DNA of 52,345 nucleotides, taken from Candidatus Thorarchaeota archaeon. Its GTDB lineage: Archaea > Asgardarchaeota > Thorarchaeia > Thorarchaeales > Thorarchaeaceae. Positions within the stretch are counted from its first letter, which is position 1. The number at the start of each line of letters is the position of its first letter. The notes beneath the pieces were generated by a model. That model was given only the letters and a program-made list of their open reading frames with translations, was not told where the DNA came from and made no database searches. A program made the position numbers and the translations under genes. This document shows positions 47,389 through 52,345 of this stretch, in pieces. The stretch covers positions 1-52,345 of the forward strand of contig JAOUFI010000011.1 of assembly GCA_029858305.1 (NCBI GenBank), in the 5' to 3' direction.

Positions 47389-48741
47389 TTGGCGAAAAAG
47401 CAAGTTCTGATTGATGTAACAACCGCGGGAGCATCAGGCGATATGTTCCTATCTGCCTTGATAGATCTCATCGGAGAAGATGATGCCCTTCTACCTGTTG
47501 CTGCAAGCTTACTTATCTATGACCCATCTTTTAGATTAGCCGTCGTTTCTAAATCACATTCAGGACATACAGGTAGGAACTTGCAGATCACAAAGAATCC
47601 TGCTATCCGGCTTAATCCAAACTCGATGATGGAAGTCTTAATGGCAGTTGCTGAAGAAGTTGAATTAACTTCTGCTGCAAAGAATCTGGCAAAGGATACG
47701 CTTACAATCATTCTTGAAGCAGAGAGCAGAGCGCATAACAAACCGATATCTGACTTGCAACTACATGAGACTGGTTCTATTGACACAGTACTAGATATCG
47801 TGGGCACAGCTTATCTCCTAGAACGAGCAGGATTACTTGAGGATGCTGAATTCGTCGCAACCCGGGTTGCTGTAGGTAGTGGTACAGTAGCAACCGAACA
47901 TGGTGATCTTGAGGTTCCTGTACCAGCTGTAGCAGAAATTCTTGTCGCTCATGACATGCTCTTTCATAACGGCGACGCTAAAACTGAAGTGTTGACTCCA
48001 ACAGGAGCTGCTCTCATTGCAGCCATCACCAAAGTCTTTGTAGATACTTACGATGATTTTGTTGAACAGAATCAAGGGATTGGATTTGGCTCGCGTGATC
48101 TGGGAAAAATTCCGAATATGATGCGTATAGTGGTCGGTGAACTTATCGTTCAAGAAGGTAAGAAACCAGTTTCGCCTCCTAAAGAAGAAACAAAGAAAAC
48201 AGCAACAAAGGAAGAAAAGCTGGTTGCAGATTCGAAATCAAAGGCTGGGGAGCGAATGGATGTGCTTGATGAGTGGAATGCCGATGAAGTTATTGTCATT
48301 GAAACAAATGTTGATGACGTGGATGGCGAGATCCTAGGCAATCTCTTTGACACCCTACTCGAAGAAGGTCTTGCATATGATGTTATCATTATACCCGCTT
48401 TTGGCAAGAAGAATAGACCGTGTTATCTTGTGAAGGTCATCGCTACTAAGGCGGGTCTCAAAAGTATTGCTGAAATTTTGATACGACATCTTGGAACAAT
48501 TGGAATTCGATACACATCCTGGCAACGATTGAAAGCCGCTCGTGAAACTATTGTCTGTCGGCTAGAGATTGATGATAAAGAATACATGATACGCGTCAAA
48601 ATATCACGCACAACCGATGGTAGTATCATAAGCATTAAACCAGAAGCTGATGATATGGAGCGTGTATCTCGCGAAACAGGTATTCCAATCCGTGAACTCA
48701 AGCCAAGGATCGCGATGCAGGCGCATGCAGTCACTGAGTAG
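47389..48741 (+). CDS. larC: LarC-family nickel insertion protein (fused C1+C2)
   Basis: GASGDMFLSALIDL, AE..AH, LHETG..D...DIVG, EHG.L.VPVPA, TPTGAAL, IETNVDD, KKNRP, KPEADD. Confidence 0.9.
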   Translation: MAKKQVLIDVTTAGASGDMFLSALIDLIGEDDALLPVAASLLIYDPSFRLAVVSKSHSGHTGRNLQITKNPAIRLNPNSMMEVLMAVAEEVELTSAAKNLAKDTLTIILEAESRAHNKPISDLQLHETGSIDTVLDIVGTAYLLERAGLLEDAEFVATRVAVGSGTVATEHGDLEVPVPAVAEILVAHDMLFHNGDAKTEVLTPTGAALIAAITKVFVDTYDDFVEQNQGIGFGSRDLGKIPNMMRIVVGELIVQEGKKPVSPPKEETKKTATKEEKLVADSKSKAGERMDVLDEWNADEVIVIETNVDDVDGEILGNLFDTLLEEGLAYDVIIIPAFGKKNRPCYLVKVIATKAGLKSIAEILIRHLGTIGIRYTSWQRLKAARETIVCRLEIDDKEYMIRVKISRTTDGSIISIKPEADDMERVSRETGIPIRELKPRIAMQAHAVTE

Positions 48742-51010
48742 TCAGTAACATCTGTTCTTTGTTGTTCTCCTCCATACGTTCAAGGTACTGAGATGGTATC
48801 AGGTTCTCAAAGGCGCGTTGGCATAGCTCCGCATACGCCTTTGGGTCATATCTGGTCGATTCATCAAAGAGCTCTAGTGCCTTTACTCTCCGTAGTGGAT
48901 TTGTTGAGTCTGCATCAACCATGACATATCTGACCCGTTGCCCTGCGTGAAGCTCTTGTCCAGCCTTGACAAGCTGTTGAGCCACGACTGCAGCTCGTGA
49001 CACAGCACGATACTCATCTGGGTTTCTAGTCAGGTTTGCGTTCAGAATGAGGTCTCTTAGATCAACATCATAGTCATAGAGTTTCTCCATGTAACCGCGG
49101 CAGACCTCGTATACTTCGGGTATACGTTGTAAAAATCCAGCCTTGTCATTAGCTTGGGCGAGTGTCTTGATCATGGCCATCTGGCAATCTCCAACATAGA
49201 GACAGGTATCCCGTCTTCGGGTTTCTATCCCTCGCGTCTTGATCTCTCCATTCCTGTAGACCCCGTAGTACCTATTGAGCGGCGCAATTGATGGATGCAG
49301 TCGTGATGATGGGATAACCATCCATTTGTAGACTCCTTTTGGTGACATCTTAATATTGACTCTCTTGGACACACGTTCACAGAACTTCACAACAGTTTCG
49401 TATTCCACTATTCCCTCGCTTGCCCTCAACCATACTGAGTCTACTATACCGTGCAGCATCTCAAAACTCATCTCTTCAGCAATCTCTTGGGTTTCAAGCA
49501 TGACCTCTCTTGCAAGTGCAGTTACTGCAGTATGTGCTTCTACTCTTCCAAACTTTGCGTTCTTGAATCCCAGATATCCGAAACATGAAACCAGTACGCC
49601 CTTCAGAGTGTTCTGTATGAACTCGTACTTCTTGGTATCCTGCCCTTCCTCTATCAGTTTCTTGAAGTCGGTCCGTCTATTGACAAGCATCTCTAGTGAT
49701 TTGGATACTATTCCTCGCCTGTATGTACATATCTTAAAGCTCTGCTGGGGAATCTTGATACAATATTGGTAGGCATACGGGCACTTTGTCCTTGTACAGA
49801 TTGTCTCTGGGCTGATGTTTCTCGTGACCATGAGCGTTGGGTACATTGACGAGAAGTCACACTCTGCAACATCCTCGTAGATGTCTGGTTTCGGTTGGAA
49901 GATGAGACCCCCTCTGTCTATAGATGTTAATTCAGTGATTGACTTCAAGAACTCTGGGTTCCGTTTGACTGGAGGTATGAGAATATCCATCTTGTAGGCA
50001 TTATAGAACTGCACGGCTGCGTTCACCGCACCGATTGACATTCGTGAAACCCTTTGCGGTCGACCCAAAGCAAGCCGACAGCTCTCTACGACCCCCTCTA
50101 ATCCCATCGGGGCGTAGAAGTGCATTCCTGTCTTTCCCCGGTCAATGTGAATTCTTCCATTCAGTATGACTTGTGTTCCTGATCTAAACATGATTCGATT
50201 ATACTGCCAGAACGACTGTGGTTCTCGGTAGACCACATTCAATGGTGTTCCATCTCGAGACAATTGCAGCTGCAACCCATTGACCTTGGACCGAATGCTG
50301 AGGTATCGGAAGAGGCTATCATCTCCTCCCCTGCTTATTATTACATCTGGGTCTATCTCGTCGATGACTGCTTGGAAGCGTCTGAGAATCTCCCCCTCAT
50401 CCTCATCCTCGATATGTACAGTTCCTTCACTACAATAGACCTCAATGCATTGGATTCTATCCTCCATTTTTGGAAAGATCTGCTCTGTGGCAATGAGTAC
50501 CTCAAAATCCATCATCTCAAGCTCTGGAATATCATACTCAGGGTCCTCACGCTTGTCGAGGCATCTGATACTGATGACCTCATCTCCTCTCACCTCAAAC
50601 TCGACACGCCCAAAAGCGAACATTTCATTGGCTATGAAGAACTGCTGAACAGGGTCAATATCTGCATGAAATACTGTAGCTCCAGGTAATCGCTCTAGGT
50701 CCTTCGCTACATCCTGTAATGCATCGGGTGTAGTGAACACTTGAAGGACCGGAGTCTTTTCCTCATCGTAGACACTTGTGAACCTGTGTACAATTATTGC
50801 GTCAACAGCCTTCGGGTGCTCAAGGACGGCTCGCAGGATGTCCGCTTCAGTCCAGTCCCTACTTCTGATAATATCAGTACTGACAAAGACTGAGGGGTTG
50901 AATCCATGATAGGTGTAGCCCCTTGTCTTTCCCTCTGTCTTAATCCAGAGGGTCAGTGCCTCTCTCTCTTGGTCCACGCAAGCATCCAGAAGCCATCCGG
51001 TCTTGCTCAT
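48731..51010 (-). CDS. polB2: Family B DNA polymerase, PolB2 (Dpo2) subfamily
   Basis: Motif A DFSSMYP, motif B LKGVLVSCFGY, motif C HGIVDS (instead of YGDTDS), KTRGIETRRRD; exonuclease motifs eroded. Confidence 0.9.
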   Translation of the reverse strand: MSKTGWLLDACVDQEREALTLWIKTEGKTRGYTYHGFNPSVFVSTDIIRSRDWTEADILRAVLEHPKAVDAIIVHRFTSVYDEEKTPVLQVFTTPDALQDVAKDLERLPGATVFHADIDPVQQFFIANEMFAFGRVEFEVRGDEVISIRCLDKREDPEYDIPELEMMDFEVLIATEQIFPKMEDRIQCIEVYCSEGTVHIEDEDEGEILRRFQAVIDEIDPDVIISRGGDDSLFRYLSIRSKVNGLQLQLSRDGTPLNVVYREPQSFWQYNRIMFRSGTQVILNGRIHIDRGKTGMHFYAPMGLEGVVESCRLALGRPQRVSRMSIGAVNAAVQFYNAYKMDILIPPVKRNPEFLKSITELTSIDRGGLIFQPKPDIYEDVAECDFSSMYPTLMVTRNISPETICTRTKCPYAYQYCIKIPQQSFKICTYRRGIVSKSLEMLVNRRTDFKKLIEEGQDTKKYEFIQNTLKGVLVSCFGYLGFKNAKFGRVEAHTAVTALAREVMLETQEIAEEMSFEMLHGIVDSVWLRASEGIVEYETVVKFCERVSKRVNIKMSPKGVYKWMVIPSSRLHPSIAPLNRYYGVYRNGEIKTRGIETRRRDTCLYVGDCQMAMIKTLAQANDKAGFLQRIPEVYEVCRGYMEKLYDYDVDLRDLILNANLTRNPDEYRAVSRAAVVAQQLVKAGQELHAGQRVRYVMVDADSTNPLRRVKALELFDESTRYDPKAYAELCQRAFENLIPSQYLERMEENNKEQMLLTTQ

Positions 51011-51285
51011 CAGGGGACGCTCTCCTCCAATAGTTGTTCAAGAGCTTGGATTCTCTTTCCAATCGAGTCAATCTCTTCCTGCATCCTGAGGATTGCAGAG
51101 AGGAAGATGACTTCTGTAATGCGTGGTGTTGGAACCATCGTGCCTGCGTCTGCAAGACTTCTTGCATAATTGAATATCCTATCGAAGACCTCTCTCTGGG
51201 CTGGCCTGAGTGTTCGTCTGAACTCTTTCCAACGAGCCTCTTCAATCCTTATTGCATCTCTGAATGTACGGACTGTACGACCCAT
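51010..51285 (-). CDS. Small alpha-helical PolB2-associated protein
   Basis: MGRTV.TFR...W..FRR.LR...FD; its stop overlaps the polB2 ATG. This pairing is typical of polB2 loci. Confidence 0.85.
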   Translation of the reverse strand: MGRTVRTFRDAIRIEEARWKEFRRTLRPAQREVFDRIFNYARSLADAGTMVPTPRITEVIFLSAILRMQEEIDSIGKRIQALEQLLEESVP

Positions 51286-51464
51286 GTCTGCATCCTCTTG
51301 ATTATCTGTCTGGATTTGACTCGTCCAGCATTACATAGTATCCTCGGTGATTGTGGGTTTTACTAGTGAGACCCGTACGTCCAAGCGGATACTGACGAGG
51401 GGGACGGTTTCCCGAAAGTAAACTCTAAAACTCCTCACTCCAAGATGCATCTGGTGGTTGGGTA

Positions 51465-51941
51465 TTGGCCTATAAAGTCATAATTCGTTGTTCAAATGCT
51501 GAGGATATCATCAGGCTACTCCAAGAAGAACATGGTGCTGATTATTCTCGTATATGGCGGATAGATGGTCGCACAATTGGAGTGTTCTCATTTGAGTGGA
51601 CCGGAGTTTTTGCAGGTTATGTTAGCCTGATTACTCTTGATCATGATAAGATTTTGGAAAAGTGTGAAGTGACCATAATAGGCTCTGGAGGTGGCATACC
51701 CTCTCTCGATTCAGTCGTTGGTTCTGATGACCCTGGAAAACGTGCTGTAAAAGATTTGGCCAATCTAGCTAATGAACGTGGTTGGGAGATTAGTATAGAG
51801 ATGGCAAAGATAAAATCTCGAGGTACCCAATGCCCCAATTGCGGCTCAGCTTATGTCTATTCCAAGGAGAAGATTAAAGCAGATGGTTCAGTCGTCTGCC
51901 AGAATTGTGGAAAACGATTCATAATTTTGAAGAAAGACTAA
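51465..51941 (+). CDS. Hypothetical protein with a C-terminal zinc ribbon
   Basis: CPNC-x17-CQNC; TTG start after a GGTGG-like SD. Confidence 0.8.
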   Translation: MAYKVIIRCSNAEDIIRLLQEEHGADYSRIWRIDGRTIGVFSFEWTGVFAGYVSLITLDHDKILEKCEVTIIGSGGGIPSLDSVVGSDDPGKRAVKDLANLANERGWEISIEMAKIKSRGTQCPNCGSAYVYSKEKIKADGSVVCQNCGKRFIILKKD

Positions 51942-52105
51942 TGGTTTAGATTTGTACCACTTGCTCTTGAAAAATGAAACAGAGCTATGAGGTCCTGCAG
52001 TCAATTTTTCATCTTCTATTCAATCGGCATAGACTCAAATAGTGGAAAACTCATTAGCGCGATAGTGTCCAGAGAGAGGATACTAAATCACTCAGGGTGC
52101 ATAAG

Positions 52106-52345
52106 ATGGTCACTGCGCTGTTCAAGGTTGTATTAATGGGAGATGGAAGTGTCGGGAAGACCAGTCTCCGCAGGACCTACATGGGGGAAGGTTTCCGAGC
52201 CAACTACATGATCACTATTGGTGCTGATTTTGCTGTCAAGAAGATGCAACTTGAGGGTGGTCATGATGTTAGCATTCAGATTTGGGATCTCGCAGGCCAG
52301 GAACACTTCAAGAGTGTACGTTCCACTTTCTATAGAGGCGCACAG
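52106..52345 (+). CDS. Rab-like small GTPase (3' end runs off window)
   Basis: Not in the ORF track. Manual translation: MVTALFKVVLMGDGSVGKTSLRRTYMGEGFRANYMITIGADFAVKKMQLEGGHDVSIQIWDLAGQEHFKSVRSTFYRGAQ. Confidence 0.95.
   Translation, partial: MVTALFKVVLMGDGSVGKTSLRRTYMGEGFRANYMITIGADFAVKKMQLEGGHDVSIQIWDLAGQEHFKSVRSTFYRGAQ

Noticed and set aside
48731-51010. PolB as a casposon/virus marker or a pseudogene
   Set aside because: The ORF is intact, HGIVDS is typical of PolB2, and there is no Cas1, capsid, integrase or terminal repeat.
1-52345. CRISPR array, transposase, reverse transcriptase or defence island
   Set aside because: No regularly spaced short repeats and no such protein motifs were seen.

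Overview
Archaeal chromosomal segment, most likely an Asgard archaeon (Thorarchaeota-like). This is inferred from a Rab-like GTPase, an MglA-type GTPase, a divergent EF-2, archaeal PoK/PPS CoA genes, tgtA and Tes. Most of the window is housekeeping: a CoA cluster (coaBC, pantoate kinase, PPS, panE), tRNA-Gln(CUG), EF-2-like, ileS, tes, tldD/pmbA, GGPP synthase, an ABC importer with two divergently transcribed membrane-anchored surface proteins, tgtA, hflX, cofE, larC, and PolB2 with its small partner. The strongest candidate for an undescribed system is a tightly packed five-gene operon at 41500-46386: MTHFR-like, MtrH-like, soluble MtrA-like, MtrH and methanogenesis marker 14 (an ASKHA ATPase), with no membrane Mtr subunits. 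It reads as a soluble corrinoid methyl shuttle with its own reactivase. A second layer is a set of intergenic structured-RNA candidates. Two of them (8655-8743 and 20517-20676) have their own TATA boxes and expose C-rich, anti-Shine-Dalgarno-like CCCUCC segments. All calls come from motif recognition and manual base-pairing; no database search or folding program was run.
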